Source: Candidatus Eiseniibacteriota bacterium
GTDB lineage: Bacteria > Eisenbacteria > RBG-16-71-46 > CAZAMP01
Assembly: GCA_965224245.1 (NCBI GenBank)
Contig: OZ245046.1
Span: forward strand, 5,024,001-5,088,000
DNA length: 64,000 nucleotides
Reading direction: 5' to 3'
Of this stretch, positions 1-9,588 are shown piece by piece (within the stretch, counting starts at the first letter, position 1; each line of letters starts with the position of its first letter). The notes under the pieces are model-generated. The model was not told where the DNA came from and searched no databases. It saw only the letters and a list, made by a program, of their open reading frames with translations. Position numbers and translations under genes: made by a program.

Positions 1-684
1 GGTCATGATCGAGACGATGTCGCCCGGATCACCGAACGTGGGCACGAAGAGGGCGCCGATCGCCACGCCGAGGCCGGCGGCCTCGAGCGCGCGCTGATGT
101 GCGGCGACGTCGTCGACGCCGGCGACGTAGGAGTCGTCGCAGCCCGCCGGACGCGCGTCGGTCACGAGGATCGTCACCTTGCAGCAGTCGGCCCGGAAGT
201 CGGCCGGATCGAAGTCACCGGAGACGGCGCAGACGGTGCCGCCGGGGTTGAACACCTCGCGAAGCGCCTCGTCCGACGCCTCGGGCTCGCCCACGCCACC
301 GGTCGCGAACAGGGCCGCGATGCCGGCGGCCACGTCGGCGGTCGTGAACGTCATCGGAACGTCGACCTCGACGTCGTCCTTGAACGAGAGCAGCGCCGCC
401 TGCGTGTCGCCGCAGGTGTCGTCGGCAAGCGTGAGGATGCTGGCGATGCCGGCCTTCACGTTGTCGATCGCGCCACCCATCGAGCCCGTGTCGTCGATGA
501 CGAACACGAGGTCGATACACGTACAGTCGCCACCACCGTCTCGCAAGTCGTACCCGAAGTCGTGCGACGAGACCGAGCCCACGACCGGTCCCGCGGGACT
601 GTCGTTCGGGCTGATCTCGGTTGCCGCCGCCGGCAGGGCCAGCGCCGCGCCGACGAAACAGCTGAACGCGATACGAAGTGTCAT
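1..684 (-). CDS. Secreted von Willebrand factor A (VWA) domain protein, 3' end outside the window
   Basis: Not in the ORF track; read by hand from ATG at 684: MTLRIAFSCFVGAALALPAAA (signal peptide) ... CIDLVFVIDDTGSMGGAIDNVK (MIDAS-like) ... GGVGEPEASDEAL ... KVTILVTDARP. GAGG upstream. Confidence 0.85.
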   Translation of the reverse strand, partial: MTLRIAFSCFVGAALALPAAATEISPNDSPAGPVVGSVSSHDFGYDLRDGGGDCTCIDLVFVIDDTGSMGGAIDNVKAGIASILTLADDTCGDTQAALLSFKDDVEVDVPMTFTTADVAAGIAALFATGGVGEPEASDEALREVFNPGGTVCAVSGDFDPADFRADCCKVTILVTDARPAGCDDSYVAGVDDVAAHQRALEAAGLGVAIGALFVPTFGDPGDIVSIMT

Positions 685-1271
685 GCCGCTACCTCTGAAG
701 TTGAGACCCCATGTGCAGTCGGCGGTCGAGCTACGAGAGACCGCCGCACGTCGTTGAGCGCCGCGCTTCCCGGGCGCGTGCCGATCATCGTGACGGTGTC
801 ACCGACTCCGCCAGCTGCAGCGGGTGCAGCTCGAAAGGCAGAGGATGACGCCAGTAGATGACAGCTCGGGTGAACGGAACCCAGAGACGCCCCATCGCAC
901 CGAGAGGTCACGTCTGGGAGGAATCAGGCCCCGAACAACTTGCTAAAGTGTACGGGGTCGTTTGGGTCCTGGTCAATTGGGGTTTCGTCGAGGATGCCGG
1001 CCCGGGTACCGGCGGCATGCCCACCCCGCAGGCCGGCCGGTGGTCGCCGCCGCCCAGACTCCCCGTGTGCGCCAACCTCAATCGGTGGAGTGACATACAC
1101 GGTAGGCGCCCCCCGCGCCCGATCCGTCGCATTCGAAGGGGGGTTCCCGTAGACTCGGGCACGCTCTCCGGGGGCGCGGTGCTCCCGGTCGAGATCGACC
1201 TCGGGCAGCGGCGTCGCCGGACGGCGAGAGCCGAGGCTCGACCTGCACGACCGAGTCCGAGGAACCCAGCT

Positions 1272-4200
1272 ATGTGGCGATCGGTGTTTTGCGTGACCGT
1301 GGCGGTGGCCGGCGTGGTGCTCCTGCCCGGGTGTGGGCCGGCGGGCGACGGACCCGAGCTCACGAGGCTCCGCAACCAGGCCAAGGCTCACTTCGAGAAC
1401 GGGGAGACCGCCGAGGCGATCGCGATCTTCCAGGACGTGCTCGCGTCGCCGGGCGCCACGCCCGAGGACGAGGTGAACCTCGGCAAGGCGTACTTCCTAG
1501 CCGGCGATCACGATCACGCGATCTCGATTCTCGAGCGCGCGCGAGAATCGCTCCCGACCCTGCCCGACATTCCGTACAACCTCGGAATCATGCACAAGCG
1601 CGACGGCCGCATCGACGACGCGATCGCCGAGCTCGAGCGGTTCCACGAGCTGGACCCGGGGTCGGTGCCCGGCACGTTCAACGTCGGCGTGCTCTACGCG
1701 CGCGCCGGGCGCAACGCCGATGCGCTGCTCGCGTTCGACCGCATCCTGGCCGCCGATCCCTTCAACGCGGCCGCTCACTATCAGCGGTTCACGGTGCTGC
1801 GCGCGCTGGGCCGCCGCGACGAGGCGCAGCTGGCGTTCGACCGGTTCGCGGAGCTGAAGGATCGCATTCCCGCCGAGCGCCTGGAGAGCGTCGCGCTCGA
1901 GGAGTCTCCGTACTTCGAGATCGCATACCGCGAGCCCGGCGACGCGGAGCCCGCGCGGATCGAGCCCATCATGCCGCCGTATACGCTGGGTTTGTCGGCG
2001 ACACCCGGGTCGGTGCCGCCGTTCGACGGCGCCACGGCCCTCGCCGCGGGCGACGTGGACGGAGACGGTGACGCGGACGTCGTCGTCGTGCATCGCGCCG
2101 CCGCCGGCGCGGCGGTGGCGACGGTCGTCCGGAACGACGGGGACGGCCGCTGGCTCGTGGCGCTGGATCTGACCGCTCCGGCCGGGGACGCCCACGGGCT
2201 CCGGCTCGTCGATCTCGACAACGACACCGACCTCGACGTGCTCGTGGTCTCCGCGCGCGGCGCGAAGCTCCACCGCAACGATGGCCAGGGCGCCCGCCTC
2301 TCGTTCTCCGATCAGACCGACGCCTCGCGCCTGGCGAACGCCACGGGCACCGCCGTCTCACTGGCCGACTACGACCACGACGGTGATCTGGACGTACACG
2401 TGTCCGGACACGCCGACGCGCTCTCGCGACTCTATCGAAACGGCGGCACGCCCGATCCGGCCACGCCGCCGGTGTTCGTGGACGTGACGGCCGAGGCTTA
2501 CCTGCCGAACCAGGGCACCGCGGGGCCGGTCTACCGCGACCTCGACGGTGACTTCGACACCGATCTGGTGGCGCTGAACGCGTCGGGCCGGGCGCGCGCC
2601 CACCGGAACGCGGGTCAGCAGGAGTTCCGGGCCGCGCCGTCCGAGGTGACTCCGTCCTCGCCGGCGCGGGCGCTGGCGTGTGACGACGTCACCGGTGACG
2701 GGTGGGCCGACGTCGTCCTCGCCACCGACGCGGGGCTCGAGGTGTTCGCCAACGCCGGGGAGGTCACGTTCACGGCCGCCGGCACGTTCGCGCTCGGCGG
2801 CGCGCCGCCCGACGACGCGACGGCCCCCGCCATCCTCGCGATGGAGCTCGTCGACCTCGATGCCGACGGCGATCTGGACGCGGTCCTCACGCGGGCCGGC
2901 GGCACCGTCGTCGCGATGCGAAACGACGGCCGGGGGTCGTTCGAGGACGTCACCGAGACGTGGGGCGTGACGGGCCTCTCCCTCGTGCCCACGCTGGCGG
3001 CGCCCGCCGTGTCCGATCTCGATGGGGACGGCACGCTCGATCTCGTGGGCGTCGATCCCGAGGGCGGGTTCGTCGTCTCCCGGGGAGCCGGTGGTGGCGC
3101 GAACGTCTGGCTCACGCTGGAGGGCGGCAAGAGCAATGCGAGGGGCGTGGGCTCGGTGGTCGACGTGCAGTCCGGGAGGCTGTTCACGCGGCGCACGGTC
3201 ACGGACACGCCGATGCCGATCGGGGTCGGCACGCACACCACGCTGGACTTCGTGCGCGTGCAGTGGCCGAGCTGGATCATCCAGAACGAGATCGACGTGG
3301 ACCTGACCGCGGAGAGACGAATCCACGTGAAGGAGAAGCCGGCGGCGCTCGGCTCGTGTCCCAGCCTCTATGCGTGGGACGGCGACGCGTACGTGTTCGT
3401 GACCGACGTTCTGGCCACCACGTCGCTCGGGCTCGCGCTGGACGGCGAGACACCGATGCCGTTCGACGACGAGGAGTTGATCCGCATCCCGACGGACCTG
3501 GCGGCCGTGACCGACGGCGAGCTCCAGTTCGTGATCACCGAGGAGCTCAACGAGATCGTCTACCTGGATCAGGTGCGCCTGCTCGTGGTCGACCATCCGC
3601 CGAGCGTCCGGGTGTACTCGAACACCATCCTCCGCGACGAGCCCTTTCCGCCGGCCGGCATCGTGGCCGTCAGACGCGAACGGCCGCCCTTCGCCGCCAC
3701 CGATCACACCGGTGCGGACTGCCTGACCGCGATCGGGGCGGTGGACGGCTTCTATGCGGCACCCTTCGAGAACGTGGGCCGCCAGTATCACGGGCTCGCC
3801 GACATGCACGCGATCGACCTCGAGCTAGGTCCGGCGACCGATCGATCGACGCTCGTGATGATCCTCCACGGCTGGATCGACTGGCCCGAAACGGCGACGT
3901 TCCTGTCCATCGCGCAGAACCCCGATCTGGAGCTGGTGCTGCCCACCGTGCACGCCAAGGGTGCGATCGGCTGGCGGCAGGTGCACGCGCCGTTCGCCGT
4001 GCAGGCGCTCAAGCCGAAAGACGTCGTGCTCGATCTCCGCGGTCGGTTGAACCCGGACGAGACGGTCCTCCGGATCGAGTCGAACCTCGCGTGCTACTGG
4101 GATCGGATCGCGCTGGCCGACGCCGTCGATGCCGAGCGGGAGACGGCCGTCGTCATCGTGGACCCGAGCCGGGCGGAGCTGAGCTTCCACGGCTGGTCGG

Positions 4201-4631
4201 CGCGCCGCCCACGGGACGCGAGCCCACTCACCACGTACGACTATCACCGCGTGGACCTGAAGGCGCCCTGGGCGGGCTCGACGGGGCGCTTCACGCGCTA
4301 TGGAGACGTGCTGCCGCTGGTCACGCTGCGCGACGACATCTACGCGATCCTGAACACCGGCGACGAGGTGCGCTTCGCGGTGTCGGCAACCGGTCTTCCC
4401 GAGGAGCATGCCGGCTGGGTGCGCGACTATTTCGTGTGGCTGGCCGGATTCGAGAAGCAGGCCGACTACGGCACGCTCGCATCGGGAACGGTGGAGCCGC
4501 TACCGTTCCGCGAGATGGACACGTATCCGTACGGCCCGGGTCAGGCGTATCCCGACGGTGACGCCCACCGGCAATACCTGGAGACGTTCAACACGCGTCT
4601 GGTCGAGCGCGCCGCTTCGCCTCCTCGATGA
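1272..4631 (+). CDS. Lipoprotein with TPR repeats, FG-GAP repeats, an ASPIC/UnbV-like region and an uncharacterised C-terminal domain
   Basis: MWRSVFCVTVAVAGVVLLPGC lipobox; TPRs (VNLGKAYF, YNLGIMH, FNVGVLY); many DxDxDGDxD loops; SNARGVGSVVDV...GVG...VQWPS; SCPSLYAWDG. Start trimmed from the track's 858. Confidence 0.85.
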   Translation: MWRSVFCVTVAVAGVVLLPGCGPAGDGPELTRLRNQAKAHFENGETAEAIAIFQDVLASPGATPEDEVNLGKAYFLAGDHDHAISILERARESLPTLPDIPYNLGIMHKRDGRIDDAIAELERFHELDPGSVPGTFNVGVLYARAGRNADALLAFDRILAADPFNAAAHYQRFTVLRALGRRDEAQLAFDRFAELKDRIPAERLESVALEESPYFEIAYREPGDAEPARIEPIMPPYTLGLSATPGSVPPFDGATALAAGDVDGDGDADVVVVHRAAAGAAVATVVRNDGDGRWLVALDLTAPAGDAHGLRLVDLDNDTDLDVLVVSARGAKLHRNDGQGARLSFSDQTDASRLANATGTAVSLADYDHDGDLDVHVSGHADALSRLYRNGGTPDPATPPVFVDVTAEAYLPNQGTAGPVYRDLDGDFDTDLVALNASGRARAHRNAGQQEFRAAPSEVTPSSPARALACDDVTGDGWADVVLATDAGLEVFANAGEVTFTAAGTFALGGAPPDDATAPAILAMELVDLDADGDLDAVLTRAGGTVVAMRNDGRGSFEDVTETWGVTGLSLVPTLAAPAVSDLDGDGTLDLVGVDPEGGFVVSRGAGGGANVWLTLEGGKSNARGVGSVVDVQSGRLFTRRTVTDTPMPIGVGTHTTLDFVRVQWPSWIIQNEIDVDLTAERRIHVKEKPAALGSCPSLYAWDGDAYVFVTDVLATTSLGLALDGETPMPFDDEELIRIPTDLAAVTDGELQFVITEELNEIVYLDQVRLLVVDHPPSVRVYSNTILRDEPFPPAGIVAVRRERPPFAATDHTGADCLTAIGAVDGFYAAPFENVGRQYHGLADMHAIDLELGPATDRSTLVMILHGWIDWPETATFLSIAQNPDLELVLPTVHAKGAIGWRQVHAPFAVQALKPKDVVLDLRGRLNPDETVLRIESNLACYWDRIALADAVDAERETAVVIVDPSRAELSFHGWSARRPRDASPLTTYDYHRVDLKAPWAGSTGRFTRYGDVLPLVTLRDDIYAILNTGDEVRFAVSATGLPEEHAGWVRDYFVWLAGFEKQADYGTLASGTVEPLPFREMDTYPYGPGQAYPDGDAHRQYLETFNTRLVERAASPPR

Positions 4632-5589
4632 GCGCCTTCTGGCCCTCGGTCGTGCGCTCGGCCGCCGTTCCGGCGCCGCGGTAGGCCGGTGCATTTTGGG
4701 TCGGATACAGCTCGGGGCGCCGGTGCGCGAGCATCGCGTGCCCGGATCGGCGCCCGCGCTCGTGACGGAGCGCCGCCAGGTCGATGGGCGCCACCACGAT
4801 CCGCTCGCCCGGCCCCGGGGACGCCTCGGCCAGGACGCGACCGTCGTAGTCGACGATCATGCTCCCACCGGGCCACGAGAAGGGCGGGTAGTGCCGGAGG
4901 CTCGCGCCCTGGTTCGCCGCCACCACGAACGCGGTGTTCTCGAGCGCGCGACAGCGATTGACCACCGTCCACCAGTCCATGGGCGCGGTGGTACCCCAGG
5001 GATCCATGTACGCCGATATCCGGATCAAGACGTCGGCCCCCTTCACGGCCAGCTCCCGCGTGACCTCGGGGAAGAGCCAGTCGTAGCACGTGGCCACGCC
5101 GAGGCGGCCGATGCTCGTCTCGACCACCGGCAACGGGTCGTCGGGGTAGTCGGGAAGGTCGTGGGGGCTCGCGTGCACCTCCCATGGGATCCACGGGTTC
5201 ACCTTCCGGTAGCGTGACAGGAGCGTTCCGTCAGGCCCCAGGAGGCACGTCGTGTTGAACACCGTGTCCGGCCAGCGGGCATCGACCTCGAGAAAGCTCC
5301 CGGTCTGGACGTGGATGCCATGAGTCCTGGCGCACTCGGCCATGCGCGCGACGTGCTCGTTGTCCACGGGCATCGCGAGCTTGTCGAGGAGCTCCTCGGC
5401 GCTGGGATAGACCGGCGCCGCGTGCGCGAACTCGGGGAACACGACGAGGCGTACGTCGTGAAACGGCGCGTAGCCAACGACGGCCTGCTCGACGAGCTGA
5501 ATCATGCGGGTGGTGTTGCGAGCCATGTCGCGACGATCGACCGGATTCGGACAGTCGACCTGGCAGGCGGCGGCATAGTAGCGATCCAC
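4588..5589 (-). CDS. Carbon-nitrogen hydrolase (nitrilase superfamily)
   Basis: E-K-C triad motifs VFPE, YRK, TCYD; VVAAN; GGSMIVDYDG. Confidence 0.9.
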   Translation of the reverse strand: MDRYYAAACQVDCPNPVDRRDMARNTTRMIQLVEQAVVGYAPFHDVRLVVFPEFAHAAPVYPSAEELLDKLAMPVDNEHVARMAECARTHGIHVQTGSFLEVDARWPDTVFNTTCLLGPDGTLLSRYRKVNPWIPWEVHASPHDLPDYPDDPLPVVETSIGRLGVATCYDWLFPEVTRELAVKGADVLIRISAYMDPWGTTAPMDWWTVVNRCRALENTAFVVAANQGASLRHYPPFSWPGGSMIVDYDGRVLAEASPGPGERIVVAPIDLAALRHERGRRSGHAMLAHRRPELYPTQNAPAYRGAGTAAERTTEGQKALIEEAKRRARPDAC

Positions 5590-5766
5590 GGGTCCTCCGG
5601 GTGCGGGCGAGAAGAGCGGCGCGAGGGATCACCTTAGCAGCGAGCCCCGAGCGGCGTCGATCCCGGGGCGCCGGTGCACTCCCGGGGATCGCGTCCGACT
5701 CGGCGTGGTCACCGGCCGGACTTCCGTCTAGACTGCCTCCACTTCCGCCGAGAGGGGGCCGAGTCC

Positions 5767-7254
5767 ATGCCGGTTCGCAGGTCGCTCGTATCGCTCGCGC
5801 TCGTGCTGTGGACCGGATGCCTGTCGCGAGCGTCCGACCCGATCCCGGCGGTCGGCGGGCGCGGGCCGGCCGACCTGGCACCGGGGCGCGACTCCGTGGT
5901 GCGCCTGGAGGACGGGACGCTCGCCATGCTGCCGTTCGCCCATCTCGCGCTCGACGCACTCCGGGAGTGCAGCGGCCTGGTTCGGCAGGGCGACGCGTTC
6001 TTCGCCCACAACGACAGCGGGGATGCGCCGGTGCTCTATCGCTCGACAACCCTCGACTTCGCCGCCGCCCGGACGCTTGCCGTGCCCGGTGCGAAGGCGC
6101 GAGACTGGGAGGACATCTGCACGATCGGCGACGACCTCCTCGTGTTCGACATCGGGGACAATCGCCGCGAGCGGAACGATCTCGTCATCTATCGCGTCCG
6201 CTATCGCGAGGCGAGGGGCGGGGAGCCCGGTCGGCTGGATCGGGTGGCGACGTACCCGATCGCGTATCCGAACGGCCGCCACGATGCCGAGGCGGGGTTC
6301 GCGATCGACGGCGTCGTCCACATCGTGTCCAAGGCGCGCGACGAGCGCGAGACGTTCGTCTATCGGTTCGACGTGCTCGAGGACGCGTCGGATCTGGCCT
6401 CCGGCATGCGGAACGTGCCTCGGCTGGTCGGCACCCTGGACGTCGGAGAGGGCGAGACCGTGACCGCGGGTACGTTCGATCCCGGCTCGGGCGAGGTGCT
6501 GCTCCTGACGTACTCCGCGGTGCTGGCGTACCCCGCGCACGCTCTCGCCGGCGCGCCGGCGACCCGCACCCGGATCTGGGCCCGGCAGTGCGAGTCCCTG
6601 TGCGCGGACGACGGACGCATCGTCATCACGAACGAGGAGCGGGACGTCTTCGTCGTGGACGCACGATTGCTCCGATCGTCGGCCTCGCTCTCGCCACCGC
6701 GTGCCCGCCTGACGCTGTCCGCGGAGGAGGCGACGCCGATTCCACTCCACGGCGCCGCGCCCGGGGACGCGCTGGGGTGGCGCCGAGAGGGCGACGCTCT
6801 CCACCTGCGGTTCGCGTTCGCACTCGACGACAGCGTAGCCGCGACGTCCATCGATCCCGTGCGGCTCGGGGGCGCGATCCTCTTCGTGTTCGGCGACGAC
6901 GAGACGACGCGGATCGGCGCCGGGCACGCGCTCGTGGCCGTCGGTCGGCGTCCCGACGGGACGTTTCACGCCTGGCGCGGTGACGGCGCCGGCGGGCTGG
7001 GCGCGCTGTCCCCGTTCGACGCCGCGGTGGTGACGGCCGCCGTGAGCGAAGGGTCCGGGTCACCCGTACTCGCGGGAGAGATCGTGCTCCCGCTCGCCGC
7101 CGTGGTCGAGGATCCCGACTCGTTCCTGTTCGACGCGCGCACGATCGGGCTGCGCGACGACGACGGACCGTACGTCTCGGGCCTCGGCTCATACTCGATG
7201 TATCGACCCTACACGTGGGCCGTCGTGCGCACGACGTCTCCCGTGTCCGGCTGA
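5767..7254 (+). CDS. Lipoprotein, probable beta-propeller followed by a DOMON/CBM9-like C-terminal region
   Basis: LWTGC lipobox; motifs ECSGL, HNDSG, DWEDI, DIGDN, HDAEA, QCES typical of an uncharacterised propeller family. Confidence 0.65.
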   Translation: MPVRRSLVSLALVLWTGCLSRASDPIPAVGGRGPADLAPGRDSVVRLEDGTLAMLPFAHLALDALRECSGLVRQGDAFFAHNDSGDAPVLYRSTTLDFAAARTLAVPGAKARDWEDICTIGDDLLVFDIGDNRRERNDLVIYRVRYREARGGEPGRLDRVATYPIAYPNGRHDAEAGFAIDGVVHIVSKARDERETFVYRFDVLEDASDLASGMRNVPRLVGTLDVGEGETVTAGTFDPGSGEVLLLTYSAVLAYPAHALAGAPATRTRIWARQCESLCADDGRIVITNEERDVFVVDARLLRSSASLSPPRARLTLSAEEATPIPLHGAAPGDALGWRREGDALHLRFAFALDDSVAATSIDPVRLGGAILFVFGDDETTRIGAGHALVAVGRRPDGTFHAWRGDGAGGLGALSPFDAAVVTAAVSEGSGSPVLAGEIVLPLAAVVEDPDSFLFDARTIGLRDDDGPYVSGLGSYSMYRPYTWAVVRTTSPVSG

Positions 7255-7321
7255 GCCGGCGGACGACCGGACCCGCCGACCGCGCACGGCCGCGCATTCG
7301 CCGTCGGAAGGAGTGTTGGAG

Positions 7322-7879
7322 ATGTTTCGCACGTTCGCGTGGGTTCTCGTGCTGGCTCAGCTGCTTTCGCCCGCGGCGGCGTCCGCGGAGGACAGGATCG
7401 GATTCGTGGACTCGGGGACCGTTCTCCAGCGTCATCCCGACCGACCGGCGGCCGAGGAGAGCATGCGCGCGTTCCGCGCGGAGCTCGATGCGCGCATGGC
7501 GGAGATGCGCGCCGAGCACACGTCGCGGGTGAACGCCTTCCGCGCCGCCCAGGACGCCGGCCAGCCCGATCAGGCGCTGTTCGACTCGGTCAAGGCGTAC
7601 GAGGAGCAGATCGACGCGTTTCTCGACGAGTCGCAGAGCGAGATCGAGCGCCGGGAGTCCGACCTGATGCAGCCCATGGTCGACGACGCCAACCGGGTCA
7701 TCGCGAGGATCGCCGAGGCCGAGGGGTTCACGTGCGTGCTCGACACGTCCAGCGGCGCCGTGGTCTACATTGACACCGCGAACGACATCACGATTCGCGC
7801 AATCCAGTCGCTGAGGGCCGAGGCCGAGGCCGAGTCCGCGGCGAGCCCCGGGTCGGACGAGGATGGCTCGGGGAGATAG
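7322..7879 (+). CDS. skp: Skp/OmpH periplasmic chaperone
   Basis: Signal peptide, RIGFVD, long helical region, IARIAEAEGFTCVLD...VVY....DIT; AAGGAG 8 nt upstream of ATG 7322. Confidence 0.85.
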   Translation: MFRTFAWVLVLAQLLSPAAASAEDRIGFVDSGTVLQRHPDRPAAEESMRAFRAELDARMAEMRAEHTSRVNAFRAAQDAGQPDQALFDSVKAYEEQIDAFLDESQSEIERRESDLMQPMVDDANRVIARIAEAEGFTCVLDTSSGAVVYIDTANDITIRAIQSLRAEAEAESAASPGSDEDGSGR

Positions 7880-7941
7880 CTCAGCTCGACCCCGGTCCAC
7901 CTGTCGCTCGTGCGGCTCGCGGGTCGGCGTCCCGGCGAGTG

Positions 7942-7950
7942 TGCTAGGAT
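7942..7950 (+). promoter_or_regulatory. Putative extended -10 promoter for the four-gene membrane operon
   Basis: TGCTAGGAT (TGn-TAGGAT) about 30 nt upstream of the GGAGG at 7981. Confidence 0.45.
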
Positions 7951-7990
7951 GCCCGGCGTCGCCGTTTCGCTCCTCACGCTGGAGGACCGA

Positions 7991-8881
7991 CTGAACACAC
8001 CTCGCATCCGCGCGCGCGTGCTGGGCATCGCGCTCGCCGCCGGCCTGACCACCGCCGCGCCGCCCGCCCTGGCCCAGGGCGAGGGCGAAGATCCGGCATC
8101 CGCCGAGGCGGCGACCGGCTGGTTCACGCCCAGCACGCTTCCCGTCGCGGTCGGCGTCGTGGTGTTCGGTTGTCTGGTGGTGGGCTTCGTGGGTCTGGCG
8201 CAACGCGGACAGAAGTTCTACATCCGGCGCATCCCGGGGCTGGAGGCGGTCGAGGAGGCGGTCGGCCGCGCCACCGAGATGGGACGCCCCATCCTGTTCA
8301 GCCCCGGTCTCGAGGTGATGGACGAGGTGGCCACGGTCGCCGCGATGAACGTGCTCGGCGAGGTCGCTCGCCGCGTGGCCAACTACGGAACCCCCATCCT
8401 GGTTCCGAACCGCGATCCGATCGTCATGACGGTCGCGCAGGAGGTGGTCCGAAACGCCTACCTGGCCGAAGGCGTACCCGATCGCTACCGATCCGAGGAC
8501 ATCTACTACACGACCCAGAGCCAGTTCGGCTACGCGGCCGCGGTCTGCGGCACCATGATCCGCGAGCGTCCGGCGGCGAACTTCTTCTTCGGCCGGTTCT
8601 ACGCCGAGAGCCTCGTGCTGGCCGAGACCGGCAACATGACCGGCGCGATCCAGATCGCCGGAACCGACGCCGATGCCCAGCTCCCGTTCTTCATCTGTGC
8701 GTGCGACTACACGCTCATCGGTGAGGAGCTGTATGCGGGGTCGGTGTATCTGTCGCGCGAGCCGCTGCTCCTCGGCGCGCTGAAGGCCCAGGACGTGGGC
8801 AAGCTCATCGTCATGATCCTCCTGGTGGTCGGATGCGCGCTCGCGGTGATCGGCGTCGACCTGCCCGCGATCGCGCAGTGA
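7991..8881 (+). CDS. DUF6754-like membrane protein (signal peptide, TM, soluble alpha/beta domain, TM); subunit 1
   Basis: YIRRIPGLEAVEEAVGRATEMGRP, AESLVLAETG, QLPFF..CDYTLIGEELYA..YL, which I recall as DUF6754. Start uncertain: CTG 7991 with GGAGG, or ATG 7949. Confidence 0.8.
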   Translation: MNTPRIRARVLGIALAAGLTTAAPPALAQGEGEDPASAEAATGWFTPSTLPVAVGVVVFGCLVVGFVGLAQRGQKFYIRRIPGLEAVEEAVGRATEMGRPILFSPGLEVMDEVATVAAMNVLGEVARRVANYGTPILVPNRDPIVMTVAQEVVRNAYLAEGVPDRYRSEDIYYTTQSQFGYAAAVCGTMIRERPAANFFFGRFYAESLVLAETGNMTGAIQIAGTDADAQLPFFICACDYTLIGEELYAGSVYLSREPLLLGALKAQDVGKLIVMILLVVGCALAVIGVDLPAIAQ

Positions 8882-8897
8882 GAGGGGTCGATCGTCG

Positions 8898-9542
8898 ATG
8901 AAGACCACGCTCCCCCTCGTATTCGGGTTCCTGGTCGGGGTCGTGATGCTGATCCAGTACTTCACGCCAAGCCAGACCATGCTGACCGCCTACAACGAGA
9001 TCCTCGACTGGAAGCAGATCGTCATCGGCATGACGTTCATCCTGGGCGTGTACTCGTTGATGCAGTACCACGGCCGGAAGATCTCCGCGCGCCGGGAAGG
9101 CTGGGGCTACTCGGTGGTGGCGGTGATCGGCTTCGCGGCGATGGTGCTGCTCGGGGTGCTCAACGTGTTCAGTGACACCAAGCGGCCGTTCACGTGGATG
9201 TTCGACAACGTGCAGGCGCCGATGCAGGCCACGATGTTCTCGCTCCTGGCGTTCTACGTGGCGTCGGCGTCGTACCGCGCGTTCCGGGCCCGATCCGGCC
9301 ACGCGACGATGCTGCTGGTGGCCGGTGTCGTGGTCATGCTCGGCCGCGTGCCGCTGGGTGAGTACTTTGCGATCCCGGGTACGAATGCGAGCATTCCATC
9401 GCTGGCGGACTTCGTCCTCGACGTTCCGAATCTCGCGGCCAAGCGCGGCATTCTGATCGGTGTGGGGCTGGGCATGGTGGCCACCGCGATGAAGATCCTC
9501 CTCGGCATCGAGCGGACGTACCTCGGAAAGGGCAGTCAATGA
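8898..9542 (+). CDS. Approx. 6-TM membrane protein; subunit 2
   Basis: Six hydrophobic segments; TMFSLLAFYVASASYRAFR; AAKRGILIGVGLG; GAGG upstream. Confidence 0.85.
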   Translation: MKTTLPLVFGFLVGVVMLIQYFTPSQTMLTAYNEILDWKQIVIGMTFILGVYSLMQYHGRKISARREGWGYSVVAVIGFAAMVLLGVLNVFSDTKRPFTWMFDNVQAPMQATMFSLLAFYVASASYRAFRARSGHATMLLVAGVVVMLGRVPLGEYFAIPGTNASIPSLADFVLDVPNLAAKRGILIGVGLGMVATAMKILLGIERTYLGKGSQ

Positions 9543-9588
9543 CGCACGTAGGGGTCCGATCCCGGCCGCGCCGCGGTGGAGATCGACG

